A stretch of 61,269 nucleotides of DNA, from positions 1 to 61,269 of the IMG/VR virus record IMGVR_UViG_3300032273_000002; one strand, written 5' to 3'. Both the position numbers and the translations under genes were made by a program. The notes below the pieces were generated by a model. It made no database searches and was not told where the DNA came from. It worked only from the letters and a program-made list of their open reading frames with translations. This DNA comes from a virus. Taxonomy: Duplodnaviria; Caudoviricetes. Of the stretch, positions 52,647-61,269 are shown piece by piece (the stretch's first letter is position 1; each line of letters starts with the position of its first letter).

Positions 52647-53343
52647 CCGGCGTTCCTCCTATCTCTCGATACATATAGCCCCGCGGGTTGTCGGCCGTGT
52701 TCAGCTGACAGTTAACGCGGAGGGTTTGAAGGTCCTGCTCAAAGCCAAAGAAACTGAGCACCTTGCTCTGGCCCTCGAGCGTGTTGAGGGCATCTAGCCA
52801 ATCGATAACCATCACGTTGTCAGGGGCTCGCTTGCGCCAGTACTCACAGCGCTCGTAATACTCATCCCAATAGGCGCCGATCGCCTCGGCCTTCGGCAAA
52901 TCGAATTGAGGAAAACTCTCTCTGAATTGGATCGGCGAGCTGTTGGTTGAATTGAAAATCGGCCACTGGTCGTCCCAGTGAGCGCTGTCCTCGCGGGTCC
53001 AGTAGTTTTCAGTCGGCCAGTGCTTTAGAAACGAGGCGATGACCTCTTCGCGTGGACGCCGCAGCGCAACGAACTTGACGTCTTTGAGCATCCTCATGGC
53101 CAGGGCGATGTAACAGCACCAGCTATAAGATGAGATGGCGAAATACTCCTGGCCGCTCCACTCATCGCACAGGTGCCGCAGGGTCCAGTAATACCAGGCA
53201 CAGGCATCGCCAGGCGGATCCCAGGGCAGCGGATAGCCCTCGTGGCGCACATGTACATGACTGCCCTGAGACTGCAGTATCCGGTAAAAGCTCCAGGTGC
53301 CGCATCTACCGGTGCCCAGTACAATTCGAAACTTCGGCATCAT
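52588..53343 (-). CDS. Sulfotransferase-family (P-loop-like) protein
   Basis: LGTGRCGT (5'-PSB-like loop), HE, and LRRPREEVIASF (3'-PB-like R...S motif). Confidence 0.75.
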   Translation of the reverse strand: MMPKFRIVLGTGRCGTWSFYRILQSQGSHVHVRHEGYPLPWDPPGDACAWYYWTLRHLCDEWSGQEYFAISSYSWCCYIALAMRMLKDVKFVALRRPREEVIASFLKHWPTENYWTREDSAHWDDQWPIFNSTNSSPIQFRESFPQFDLPKAEAIGAYWDEYYERCEYWRKRAPDNVMVIDWLDALNTLEGQSKVLSFFGFEQDLQTLRVNCQLNTADNPRGYMYREIGGTPDVPCRQIIHEIPEVFRSET

Positions 53344-53609
53344 CCTGGCAACATCGCAATCAGATTGGCAATCTCGCCAACCGGCAGAAACCGCTCGGTG
53401 GCCTTGTTGTCCTTGTCGTAAAAGGTGATGATCAGGCCGGCCCTGGCGTTTTTGATTGCCATCGTCTTCATGCCGTCATCGCCACGGAAAACCGTGTCGA
53501 TGGTGCCGTCCTCATCTTGCATGCGCAAATCGCGAAAAACCGTAGGTGTGGCTACGGTCTCCTCGACTGATACGCTTTTTTCTTCAACGTCGTTTTTCTT
53601 CTTGGCCAT
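53340..53609 (-). CDS. Hypothetical protein
   Basis: AAGGAGG SD before ATG 53609 (MAKKKND...). Confidence 0.7.
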   Translation of the reverse strand: MAKKKNDVEEKSVSVEETVATPTVFRDLRMQDEDGTIDTVFRGDDGMKTMAIKNARAGLIITFYDKDNKATERFLPVGEIANLIAMLPG

Positions 53610-53736
53610 CAGTGCCTCCTTGTTTGTGGTTTTTCGGTGAGGCAAGGCGGTTCGATTAGCAACATACACCTCCGCGCCCTTTACCTGTTGCCACGGCCCC
53701 ACTATCGTATAGGCCTCTCTGCGGCGATACGGTCGG

Positions 53737-54342
53737 TTAATACAGGCTGCGGCCCTCCAGGGAGGTCAGCGTCGTGTCTCTCATCTGAGAGTCACCGGTG
53801 GCCTTGACGGTGTAGGCCAGCTCGATACCCCACAGGGTAATCTCGTTTGCGCCGGCACTGCCCAGGCCATTGCATTCAACAGCCATGTTGAGAAAGACAT
53901 CGGTAGAAACGAAGATACCGCTGGAGGTCTTCTGCCAGCTGGTTTTCTCCATCGCATCTGCCGTGGCGGCCACCGCCAGCGCCGGAAAGGTCAACGAGGC
54001 ATCCGGTGTCGCGGTCGATGCGGTCAAAGCCTCCAGCCCCAACCCCTTTAAGGTCACGAGCCAGTCAGGATTATCGGTATCGGTTGTGCCGTGACTGAAC
54101 CAAATGCGAGCGGCCAGCGGCATGTCACGATCCAGATCGTAAGGGATCTTAAGCAGGTCGTGAATGGCATCACCGGTAGCACCAACCTGCAGGCCAGCTA
54201 GCTGAGCCGCAGCAACAGGCTCCTGGTAGATGGCAGCGCCAGCACCAAGGGCTGCGGCTTGGGTCGCGTCCCAGCCGGCCATGTCCTGAACGGCCCGAAA
54301 TAGTCTTTTTACATTCCATGCAATAGCTTTGTCTTTTATCAT
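53737..54342 (-). CDS. Putative capsid decoration/minor head protein
   Basis: 201 aa, Ala/Thr-rich beta protein directly after the major capsid gene; AAGGAG SD. Confidence 0.6.
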   Translation of the reverse strand: MIKDKAIAWNVKRLFRAVQDMAGWDATQAAALGAGAAIYQEPVAAAQLAGLQVGATGDAIHDLLKIPYDLDRDMPLAARIWFSHGTTDTDNPDWLVTLKGLGLEALTASTATPDASLTFPALAVAATADAMEKTSWQKTSSGIFVSTDVFLNMAVECNGLGSAGANEITLWGIELAYTVKATGDSQMRDTTLTSLEGRSLY

Positions 54343-54497
54343 CGAATTGCTCCTTGATAGTTAGCCCCTGCCGTTTCGAGCAGGATACTTGGAGGGTTAA
54401 AGGCCGAGGGGCGGCAAGTGTGCCCCCCGACCATTATAAAGGAGGAGAAGAATACTATGGCAAACGGTCACGCGGTTTTAAGGCGCAATCGATATAC

Positions 54498-55811
54498 CTA
54501 CGAGTACAGACCAGGCTCCACCAGGTCTTTGACCAGCACCAGGCTATTGCGGTCTTCAGTGCCGAGGTTGGTGTAGAGCCTCAGGAACTGATCCCACTCA
54601 TCGTAGCCGGCACGCTGGTGAATTTGCTGGTCCAGGTTGCCCCAGCCGATCGGGGTCATCTCGAATTTCTCGATGGCGCCGTCCGGATGAAGGAATATCT
54701 TCCCCGGGGTTGCCAGCGGATCGATGACCATGCGGATGCTGCCGTCGCCGGCTGCAAACGTCAGCTCTTCGTAACCGCCCTTGAACGTGCCAGGTGAAAA
54801 GCGCACATCCGGAGCGAGCTGGTTGAAATACTTCCTGCGCTGACCCAGGCCCATTCTCATGACCCCAGGCTTTTTACCGGCGCGAACTCGCATGACGTCC
54901 ACGGCCTGCAGCAGCAGATCGAGGCTGAGCTCGCGGTCAACGCCAGAGTTGCCCAGGATACCGGCTCTCCAGCGAGGATATGAGGCCACCGTGATGTCTT
55001 CGAATGAGGCCAGAAGCGTGCCGTCATCGAAAATGCCGTCCATACCTGTGATCTCCACAGGCGTGTCGGTGGTGGCAAACGCGGCATCACGAGCACCGTA
55101 GCGCACCATTTGACTGGCGGCCGGGATCGTACCGGTGCCCACTGTATACGAGCGAGCGGCAACCAACGGGTGAAGGGCCTGAAAGTCAGAGCTGAGGGCC
55201 TCCATGGTAATGGTCTTGGTTACCGGGTTGATGGATTGAATGCGCTGCGCCACCACATTTTGGTCGACGGCGCCGGCGCTGTTGTAGAAGTCAACGATCA
55301 TTCCCTCGATGGCCCGCATGACGCCCAGGTTGTTGTCACAAACAACGTCATAGGCCGAGCCGGTGGCCGGAGTGGCAACCGCGGAATTGTAAGCAATCAG
55401 ACCGAAGCCATCGCCCCAGGCCTGACGGTTCATGTCATTGACAAGTGCGGTGTAGATATCGTCGACGGCATCGGCCAGGCCATCGACAAAGGCCGCCGGA
55501 TCACTCTTGGCGGCTTCGATCATGGGACCGGTCAACCGGAGCGTGCCGTAGATGTATCGCGGCACCACCGTCGCGTTGTCATATTTCCCCGCCAACGGTT
55601 CCGGCAATGGGCTTGATTCCGCCCGCGCCCCAATGCCCTGCGCCCGCGCATAGCGGATCGCAAACTTGTAGCCGAGCCCCCGCGGCGACCGGCCGCTTCG
55701 GGGAAACTGGTTATAGGTGAGTTGTTCATCGGCAAACTGATTGCTGATGCCCGAGCCGTAAACGGTTTTCAGCGTATCGGCAATGTTTGTAAGATCGTGG
55801 TAAGCACTCAT
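54498..55811 (-). CDS. Major capsid protein (HK97 fold)
   Basis: 437 aa after the scaffold; LKTVYG, RYIYGTLRLTG, NRQAWGDG.G, GMDGI and GGYEEL motifs typical of this capsid family. Confidence 0.85.
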   Translation of the reverse strand: MSAYHDLTNIADTLKTVYGSGISNQFADEQLTYNQFPRSGRSPRGLGYKFAIRYARAQGIGARAESSPLPEPLAGKYDNATVVPRYIYGTLRLTGPMIEAAKSDPAAFVDGLADAVDDIYTALVNDMNRQAWGDGFGLIAYNSAVATPATGSAYDVVCDNNLGVMRAIEGMIVDFYNSAGAVDQNVVAQRIQSINPVTKTITMEALSSDFQALHPLVAARSYTVGTGTIPAASQMVRYGARDAAFATTDTPVEITGMDGIFDDGTLLASFEDITVASYPRWRAGILGNSGVDRELSLDLLLQAVDVMRVRAGKKPGVMRMGLGQRRKYFNQLAPDVRFSPGTFKGGYEELTFAAGDGSIRMVIDPLATPGKIFLHPDGAIEKFEMTPIGWGNLDQQIHQRAGYDEWDQFLRLYTNLGTEDRNSLVLVKDLVEPGLYS

Positions 55812-55832
55812 GATGGAAAGACCCCTTATCTG

Positions 55833-56675
55833 TTAGCGCCGGCCAGTGAGCGCATCGAGCAACTGCTTTTTTGCGATCGTTCTGGCATCGCGCAGGTTTT
55901 TAGGTTGGACCTCTCCAGTATCAGACCCTGGTTCAACGCCCCTGTTCATCGGGGGCAGCTTGTCGCCGGCTTTGCCAGATTCCGCCTTGCGCCGGCCGTT
56001 TTTCTCATAGTCCTCAATGATCGAATCCTTGAGGGCCTGGTAATCCTTGGCCGCGGTGTGAATCAGCTTGGTAATGCCTTTGCTATCGGTAAGCTCGATG
56101 TCGTGAATGGGGTTGTTAACCCCTAAATACTTCTTCACGAATTTCGCCTCGGGCTTCGTGAGCTCTTCGAGGCCATCTACCGATTTGGACACATAGCTGT
56201 TGAAGTTTTTAATGGCCTTGCGGTCTTCGGCCGCCTGGAGCTTTGCCTGCTCATCGAGCTGGCGCTCCTGGTCCCGCTTGTTGATCTCCCGCTCGAGCCT
56301 CTCAATGGTCTGCTCTGGAGTTTCGGTTTCACGCCGTTTGGATTCTTCTGCTCGCTGCCAGTCCGCTTTGATCTTGGCCAGGGCTTTCTTGTTGGCCAAT
56401 AGCTCTTCGACATCTTCGGTCCCGAGTTTTTCTTTCAGACTCGATAGGTTTCCGATGAAATCATCGAGCTCCTCAGCTGAACCAAGCTGGTACTTGTCGA
56501 GCAGATCAGTGATTTGTTCCTGGGTCTTTCCGGACCCTGAACTGTCTTTGGTTTTTGCATCTGCATCCTTGCTTGCGGCACTATCGTCAGCAGCTGATTT
56601 GCCTTCTGCCGATGCGCCATCGCCGGTCTTGTCTGTGACATCCGCTGTGGTGTCGTCTACTACCTCTGTGCCCAT
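55833..56675 (-). CDS. Capsid scaffolding protein
   Basis: Acidic disordered N-terminus, coiled coil, C-terminal PKNLRDAR helix; GGAGGTG SD before ATG 56675. Confidence 0.75.
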   Translation of the reverse strand: MGTEVVDDTTADVTDKTGDGASAEGKSAADDSAASKDADAKTKDSSGSGKTQEQITDLLDKYQLGSAEELDDFIGNLSSLKEKLGTEDVEELLANKKALAKIKADWQRAEESKRRETETPEQTIERLEREINKRDQERQLDEQAKLQAAEDRKAIKNFNSYVSKSVDGLEELTKPEAKFVKKYLGVNNPIHDIELTDSKGITKLIHTAAKDYQALKDSIIEDYEKNGRRKAESGKAGDKLPPMNRGVEPGSDTGEVQPKNLRDARTIAKKQLLDALTGRR

Positions 56676-56735
56676 GATCACCTCCATTTGATTGACTCAA
56701 GCGTCACTGGGGTTGCCACGTTACGCTGGAGCCAT

Positions 56736-56787
56736 GACGAAAAAAAGGGATCCTCAAGGCGAGCTCGCGGATCCCTTTTTATTCGTC
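56736..56787. terminator. Bidirectional terminator-like hairpin upstream of the scaffold gene
   Basis: gacgaaaaaaagggatcc...ggatccctttttattcgtc inverted repeat with A/T runs. Confidence 0.75.
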
Positions 56788-56849
56788 GTTGGAGCCGGCA
56801 GCCGCGGGCCAGGCGGGCCGGCAAAATTGTGAGTGTGTGTTTTTAGCCT

Positions 56850-57095
56850 CTAAACAGCTCTATAGATTCCATACTCATATTGTGGCATTTGCTTGCCGGG
56901 AAATTGTTTCGGGTCCACATAAACCTTTTTTGTCGGTTTATACAGGCCGACGATGACCTCTTTGAGACTGTGCTTGTCGAAGACCGGGACCTTGCGGCAG
57001 AACTTCGGCTCAACTCGCAAGATAACGCCAATCAAATACGCACGCTTCTCGTGAGAATATAAAAAGTTTTTGCGTCGGTTTATTTCAACCTTCAC
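56850..57095 (-). CDS. Small basic hypothetical protein
   Basis: GTG start at 57095 overlapping the upstream TGA; GAGG SD. Confidence 0.55.
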   Translation of the reverse strand: MKVEINRRKNFLYSHEKRAYLIGVILRVEPKFCRKVPVFDKHSLKEVIVGLYKPTKKVYVDPKQFPGKQMPQYEYGIYRAV

Positions 57096-57280
57096 GCTGC
57101 AGCCTCTCGCTTTTCTTTGCAAATGGCTTTTGCAAACACCTCCAGGCGAAGTGTCGCGTTGCGGCAGGGCCGATCCGGCAGGCCGTACTCGCAGAACAGG
57201 CCCCATTTTTTAAAGCCGCGGCATTTATCTTGTTGATACATATTGCATACACATTGGGCAGTGAATCTGATCTCACGCAT
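57092..57280 (-). CDS. Small Cys-rich protein
   Basis: 62 aa with 6 Cys; immediately after the portal. Confidence 0.55.
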   Translation of the reverse strand: MREIRFTAQCVCNMYQQDKCRGFKKWGLFCEYGLPDRPCRNATLRLEVFAKAICKEKREAAA

Positions 57281-57285
57281 GGTTG

Positions 57286-59463
57286 CTACATCCCTGGGAC
57301 CGCGCCCTGACCCTCCCCTGCCGCTGGCGCGATATCTTGCGGTATATTAGGTGGCTGCGTAGCCTCAGTCATGGCGGCTTGTGCTTGCGCAGCTCGCTGC
57401 TGCTCCTCGAGCATCTGCAACTCCATCATGCTTTTGTGCTCCTGGGCATGGCCAACCAAAATAGCCTTTGCCTCATCGCTTAAATTCCGGAACTCAGGGC
57501 TTAACAAAAACTTGCGATGCACCTCAAAGTGTACCATGTGATCGTCGAAAACAAAAAGCTCATCTTCGGAGAGCACCACCGGCTCGGCAACCGTAGGATC
57601 GGCCATTGCCATCTCTTGCACTTCTTCGGGCGGCAGGCCGGCAGTGATCGGATTGGCGATCGACAAAAAAACGCCCGGGATGATAGGCACCTCCTGCTCG
57701 CCAATACGGGTATAGATCTTAACCACCTCAAAGCCGTCCTCTTCGGTGTTGGCCACCTTGGTGTTTTCCATCGAGGCCCGCTCCAGGTCAACGGAGGTTT
57801 TATCCTTGAATCCGGACAGCCCCATGCGCTTTAGCAGCTCGTCGCGGAACTCGGGCTCCAGCTCGCTTTGAGAGCTGAAAAAGCCGACCTTGACCAGCTC
57901 CAACATCATTTGCGTTTGCCCCACCCGGGTAGAGGCCAACCCGCTGGCCAGCTCCAGGCGCACATCGGTGTTGTCTCTCAGATCTGCCGACTTGAAGGCC
58001 CTGACCTCAACACCATGGCCGCGGCCGCTCACCTTGATCATGCGCTCATCGGTGTAAATATCGGAGGCCAATATGATGCGCTTGCGGTATGTCCTTTTGT
58101 GGGACCGAAAAAACCTGGTGATATCGGGGAAGTGTCCTTGCTCGGCCGCATCTCTTAATATGTCGACCATGATGCCGGAGGCGTTTCCGGTTGGCGCATT
58201 GCCCCTGAGCACATTTTTGGGATCGCCGGCGACATCCTGGATCGAGGCCCTGTGGATTGCTCGCTCCTCGAGCACTTGCTGTGGATACGGAGTGCCGGCC
58301 TCAATCGATGGTTTCTGCCCGCCACTGGTCAGTGGGTCATAGCGGACCACCAGCAGATGCTGGCCATCGGCGGTGCTGCGCTTTATCCTCGCCGAGGATC
58401 CCAAAAAGACAATCGGCCTGGCCAGAGATTTCCGGTTCATCTCCAGGTCGCGATCGATCTCATTGATCGTGTTCTGCGGGCTGATTAAATCATCGACCGC
58501 GGAATCCGGCCAGAAGCGACCGGGCACATAATGATAGCGGTAGTCGGTGGCTGTGTAGTACCAGGCCACAGTGCCCTGGGATTTTTGGACAGGAATCGGC
58601 AGCCGGTCAACGGAGAACGCCAGGGTGTCACCGGTGACCCCTACATACCTGCCGTCCGGATAGCTCTTGCAGGGCGCGAACTCGAACTCCTTGAAGATCA
58701 CCAGGTCGTCTTCTTCGTCGCTGAACTCGACCATGTTCTCATAGCCGGTGCCCTTCCAGGGGCTCACGGTGGCCACCAGCTTGGCCAGCTTCTTCTCGTA
58801 GTTGATGACCGGCTCGTCTTTGGCGTCTTTATTGACTTTGATCTTGAAGGTGTCCTCGACCCACTCGCGATCTTTCAGGCTTTTGAACCCGATCCAGGGT
58901 TTGAGCATGATGTCATCGCCGACGCTCGGGCATGTGAAGTTAAATGGCGACCAGTTGAAACTGCATACCTCGCTTTGCTTGGTCGGCCCGCCGGTCTTCG
59001 GATCCATGCCCCACTCATTGTCACCAACCACCGGGATGGTGCGCATCAGCCCCAGGCCGCATAAGATCATCCAAATGGCGACCTTTTCGGTCTCATCGCG
59101 AAACGCCTCGTCGTTTTCCGCATCCATGTGGCGCAGCAAAAACTCCCCCATCTTGCTTGCGTCCCGGTCCTCCTGGTCCATAGAGTTGGGCCATATTTTT
59201 ACGCTAAAATCTTTATTGAGGATGAGGGCTTTCATGCTTCGGACATGGTCGCGGATGATATTTGAGACCGGTGTGGGGGCGAGCTCAGTGGGCTTGATGC
59301 GGCGAAAGGTGCCAGTGCTGATGATCCAATCCAGCCACTGCTCGCCGACATAATAGAGCACATTGCGGAACCAGGTGCGCTCTCGAATCACAATGCTTGG
59401 ATCTTTGATACGGCTGAACGAATCGTTTGCCAACCGTATCAGCTGCTGATCGGTGTGTCTCAT
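57286..59463 (-). CDS. Portal protein (P22-like)
   Basis: 725 aa; YYVGEQW, NIIR, PGRFW..S.VDDLISPQ..IN, ASG..V, DDH.VH..H motifs; Gln/Ala tail. Confidence 0.9.
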   Translation of the reverse strand: MRHTDQQLIRLANDSFSRIKDPSIVIRERTWFRNVLYYVGEQWLDWIISTGTFRRIKPTELAPTPVSNIIRDHVRSMKALILNKDFSVKIWPNSMDQEDRDASKMGEFLLRHMDAENDEAFRDETEKVAIWMILCGLGLMRTIPVVGDNEWGMDPKTGGPTKQSEVCSFNWSPFNFTCPSVGDDIMLKPWIGFKSLKDREWVEDTFKIKVNKDAKDEPVINYEKKLAKLVATVSPWKGTGYENMVEFSDEEDDLVIFKEFEFAPCKSYPDGRYVGVTGDTLAFSVDRLPIPVQKSQGTVAWYYTATDYRYHYVPGRFWPDSAVDDLISPQNTINEIDRDLEMNRKSLARPIVFLGSSARIKRSTADGQHLLVVRYDPLTSGGQKPSIEAGTPYPQQVLEERAIHRASIQDVAGDPKNVLRGNAPTGNASGIMVDILRDAAEQGHFPDITRFFRSHKRTYRKRIILASDIYTDERMIKVSGRGHGVEVRAFKSADLRDNTDVRLELASGLASTRVGQTQMMLELVKVGFFSSQSELEPEFRDELLKRMGLSGFKDKTSVDLERASMENTKVANTEEDGFEVVKIYTRIGEQEVPIIPGVFLSIANPITAGLPPEEVQEMAMADPTVAEPVVLSEDELFVFDDHMVHFEVHRKFLLSPEFRNLSDEAKAILVGHAQEHKSMMELQMLEEQQRAAQAQAAMTEATQPPNIPQDIAPAAGEGQGAVPGM

Positions 59464-59621
59464 CGGCGAGCTCTCCTTTTAGATGGCTTCCAGCCGTGCT
59501 CAACTGCGTTTAAAAGCCGCTGCTGTGCTTTTGCCTTCCGGAGAGTGGTGCCTTTTGAGTGGGTTTGATTGGGCGTTGAGACTTGGTATCGTGAGCCGCG
59601 TTTGCGGATCTTTGCCGGCAT
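59460..59621 (-). CDS. 53-aa highly basic protein (not in ORF track)
   Basis: MPAKIRKRGSRYQVSTPNQTHSKGTTLRKAKAQQRLLNAVEHGWKPSKRRARR; GGGAG SD; ATGA overlap with the portal. Confidence 0.7.
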   Translation of the reverse strand: MPAKIRKRGSRYQVSTPNQTHSKGTTLRKAKAQQRLLNAVEHGWKPSKRRARR

Positions 59622-59640
59622 AGCTCTCCCTTTGCTTGCT

Positions 59641-59925
59641 TTAAGCTACTCGGACCCGATCGCTTGCGGACTCACCGCCGACAGCTCCAAAGACCTCTTC
59701 GGCGTCAATCCCTTCTTGGGTCAATTTGTCTACCGCGTCAGCTACAGTAACCGGTGCGCTGCGGCGGGTCAATCTTTTTACGTTGGCATATTCAATGGCA
59801 TCGCGTGACATCAGGCGATCGATGAGGTCTCGCTCACGTTGATCGAAAACTCGTTGTCGCCAGACAATGAAGGCCAGTGTTGCGAATAATACAATGCACA
59901 GAATGATTTCGTCAATCATTTTCAA
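59641..59925 (-). CDS. Small N-terminal TM protein
   Basis: IILCIVLFATLAFIVW followed by ERDLIDRLMSRD. Confidence 0.7.
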   Translation of the reverse strand: MKMIDEIILCIVLFATLAFIVWRQRVFDQRERDLIDRLMSRDAIEYANVKRLTRRSAPVTVADAVDKLTQEGIDAEEVFGAVGGESASDRVRVA

Positions 59926-60119
59926 CCTTTCTCAATGCCCCCGGGCTTCTCCAAAGTTTGCTTTGCGCTCCAAGCTTTTTCGAGCCGCTCGGCCTTGACC
60001 TTATAGGTGTTGACGGCAGCAAGCACCTTCTTGCGCCATCGCCGGAAATAAAGAACCGTGCCAATAATGCCTACCGTTATTCCTGCAAAAAATGCTGCGG
60101 AGATCCATCCCCAATCCAT
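59922..60119 (-). CDS. Small TM protein
   Basis: ISAAFFAGITVGIIGTVLYF. Confidence 0.65.
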   Translation of the reverse strand: MDWGWISAAFFAGITVGIIGTVLYFRRWRKKVLAAVNTYKVKAERLEKAWSAKQTLEKPGGIEKG

Positions 60120-60143
60120 ATCGCACCCCTTTTTTTAATCTTG

Positions 60144-60446
60144 TTACGTCGGTTGATCATATAGATAGTGATACGTGTATTCAGACAATTTGTGATCGCC
60201 GCACCAGTCGGTGTTATAGACCACCGGCCAGCCGCGCAGCGATGGTGCATGGCGCCTGCAGCGGCCGAGATCGTAGTTCTTCGGCGGCACTGGCCCTGGC
60301 ATTAAACCCGGGGGATGGTCCTGGCTCTGTGTATCAGGTGCCTTGCCCCCCAGGGAATACATCGGCACCGGCTTGGGCACATAAAATCTGCATGTTTTGC
60401 AAACCATTCGCGATAGTCGATCGGCCCAGTTGTCATGAAGCTCCAT
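60144..60446 (-). CDS. Cys-motif protein (CxxC...GRCRR..P...WP.V...DWCG)
   Basis: Four-Cys motif; AAGGAG SD. Confidence 0.7.
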   Translation of the reverse strand: MELHDNWADRLSRMVCKTCRFYVPKPVPMYSLGGKAPDTQSQDHPPGLMPGPVPPKNYDLGRCRRHAPSLRGWPVVYNTDWCGDHKLSEYTYHYLYDQPT

Positions 60447-60460
60447 GGCTCTCTCCTTTC

Positions 60461-60793
60461 TTATCTTTTTACCAGGCTATTCACCCAGTGGTTAAATGAC
60501 GCCCTGGTCCGCTGTCGCTCCTCGATCGTATCGAATTCGTTCTCCAGGCAGCGCGGCTTCCAGCCGGCCAGCGAACACAGGATCGCCATGCCCTCAAAAT
60601 ACCGGCCGCAATGATGAATCAACACAACGGCCCTGCAGATCCGCTGTTGTACAGACCAGGGCACGCCTATTCGGCCCTTTACCTTGGCGCTGTTCTTGAC
60701 CAGGGTTTTTAGCTCTTTTGTCTCAACATCAAACAGCCTCTCGATTTGCTGCGTGTGCTCATCTTCGTAGGCGTCCATCATAGTTCCTCCCAC
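60461..60793 (-). CDS. Hypothetical protein
   Basis: About 105-110 aa ORF after the terminase; GGAGG SD suggests a start near 60781. Confidence 0.6.
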   Translation of the reverse strand: MGGTMMDAYEDEHTQQIERLFDVETKELKTLVKNSAKVKGRIGVPWSVQQRICRAVVLIHHCGRYFEGMAILCSLAGWKPRCLENEFDTIEERQRTRASFNHWVNSLVKR

Positions 60794-61269
60794 CCCTGCT
60801 CAGAGGATAGATCATCATTAACGGTGGCAAAGCTGCCCTCGAGCCGGCGTTTTTCTTCCCATGCTGCCCTTGCGGCCGGCTCAAGCTGCGCCTCTTTGGC
60901 TGCGATCTTTGCGGCGTTTATCTCGGCAGCGATGGCCTCAACATCCAGGTTGATCGGCCTGGCCATGCACAGCAACGCCGCCTCGTCATAACAGTGGTCC
61001 TCGAGATCGGTGTCGACATCTTCCACGTTGTGCTCATCGTGGGTCAGCGCCGGTACTGTCCGGATGAAATCTTTGCAAGTCTCATAAACCACCATCATCG
61101 GCATTCCCTCGCTGCCATCGGGATTCACCGGGATGCGCAGGCGCTCATGGAACTGGCGAACCTTAAGTGTGCGGTTCGGATCGCCTTTTTGCAAGTTGAT
61201 TATGCCGCATCCGGCCAGAACCTCGGCCGTGCTCTTGCCCTGGCCGCCACCCTGGTAGTCGGGTTTTTT
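60778..61269 (-). CDS. terL: Terminase large subunit, C-terminal nuclease domain (5'-truncated)
   Basis: Frame is open to the window edge; C..FIRTVPAL..D....EDVDT..EDHCYDE motif; upstream of the portal. Confidence 0.9.
   Translation of the reverse strand, partial: KKPDYQGGGQGKSTAEVLAGCGIINLQKGDPNRTLKVRQFHERLRIPVNPDGSEGMPMMVVYETCKDFIRTVPALTHDEHNVEDVDTDLEDHCYDEAALLCMARPINLDVEAIAAEINAAKIAAKEAQLEPAARAAWEEKRRLEGSFATVNDDLSSEQGWEEL

Larger units (their letters stand above)
1..61269. mobile_element. Tailed dsDNA bacteriophage genome (partial), podovirus-like morphogenesis with lambdoid-type replication module
   Basis: Ordered terminase-portal-scaffold-capsid-adaptor-nozzle-ejection-lysis genes plus initiator/DnaB and Exo/RecT. 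No host housekeeping genes, and no tape measure, sheath or tube genes recognised. Confidence 0.95.

Noticed and set aside
54345-54400. c-di-GMP (GEMM) riboswitch to pair with the GGDEF domain
   Set aside because: A GAAA-containing hairpin exists on the minus strand, but the GEMM P1/P2 consensus and tetraloop receptor are not recognisable.

Overview
The whole window is a large part of a tailed dsDNA bacteriophage genome with podovirus-type (P22/epsilon15/T7-like) head and ejection architecture, truncated at both ends inside minus-strand genes. A divergent sigma70-type promoter pair at about 6145-6234 drives two arms. The leftward arm is replication (Cro-like HTH, HNH, NinB-like, O-like initiator with internal iterons, helicase loader, DnaB). 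The rightward early arm has small Cys-rich ORFs, an HTH, DUF932, an IS110-related Nop-domain (TasA-like) protein, an exonuclease and a RecT-like protein, and ends in two promoter-terminator-bounded candidate sRNAs. The minus strand from 61269 to 14357 is the late arm: terminase (partial), portal, scaffold, major capsid, a sulfotransferase-like enzyme, adaptor/nozzle, a 5x(DUF2341+LamG) fibre, ejection proteins, a 7.4 kb structural block, a 3633-aa polyvalent protein and an M23 lysis cassette. The main candidate system is the 3633-aa protein. It strings together GGDEF, JAB/RadC x2, GP88-like Cys-rich, SAM methyltransferase, ADP-ribosyltransferase and EEIQSDW modules, separated by a recurring [FL]S-x-K linker, while an HExxH metallopeptidase sits in a separate upstream ejection protein. 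This suggests an injected, protease-processed effector polyprotein (inference). The second candidate is an array-less TasA-like protein together with several structured intergenic RNAs. No integrase, tRNA, CRISPR or TIGR array was seen. All family assignments come from motif recognition by eye, not from database searches.
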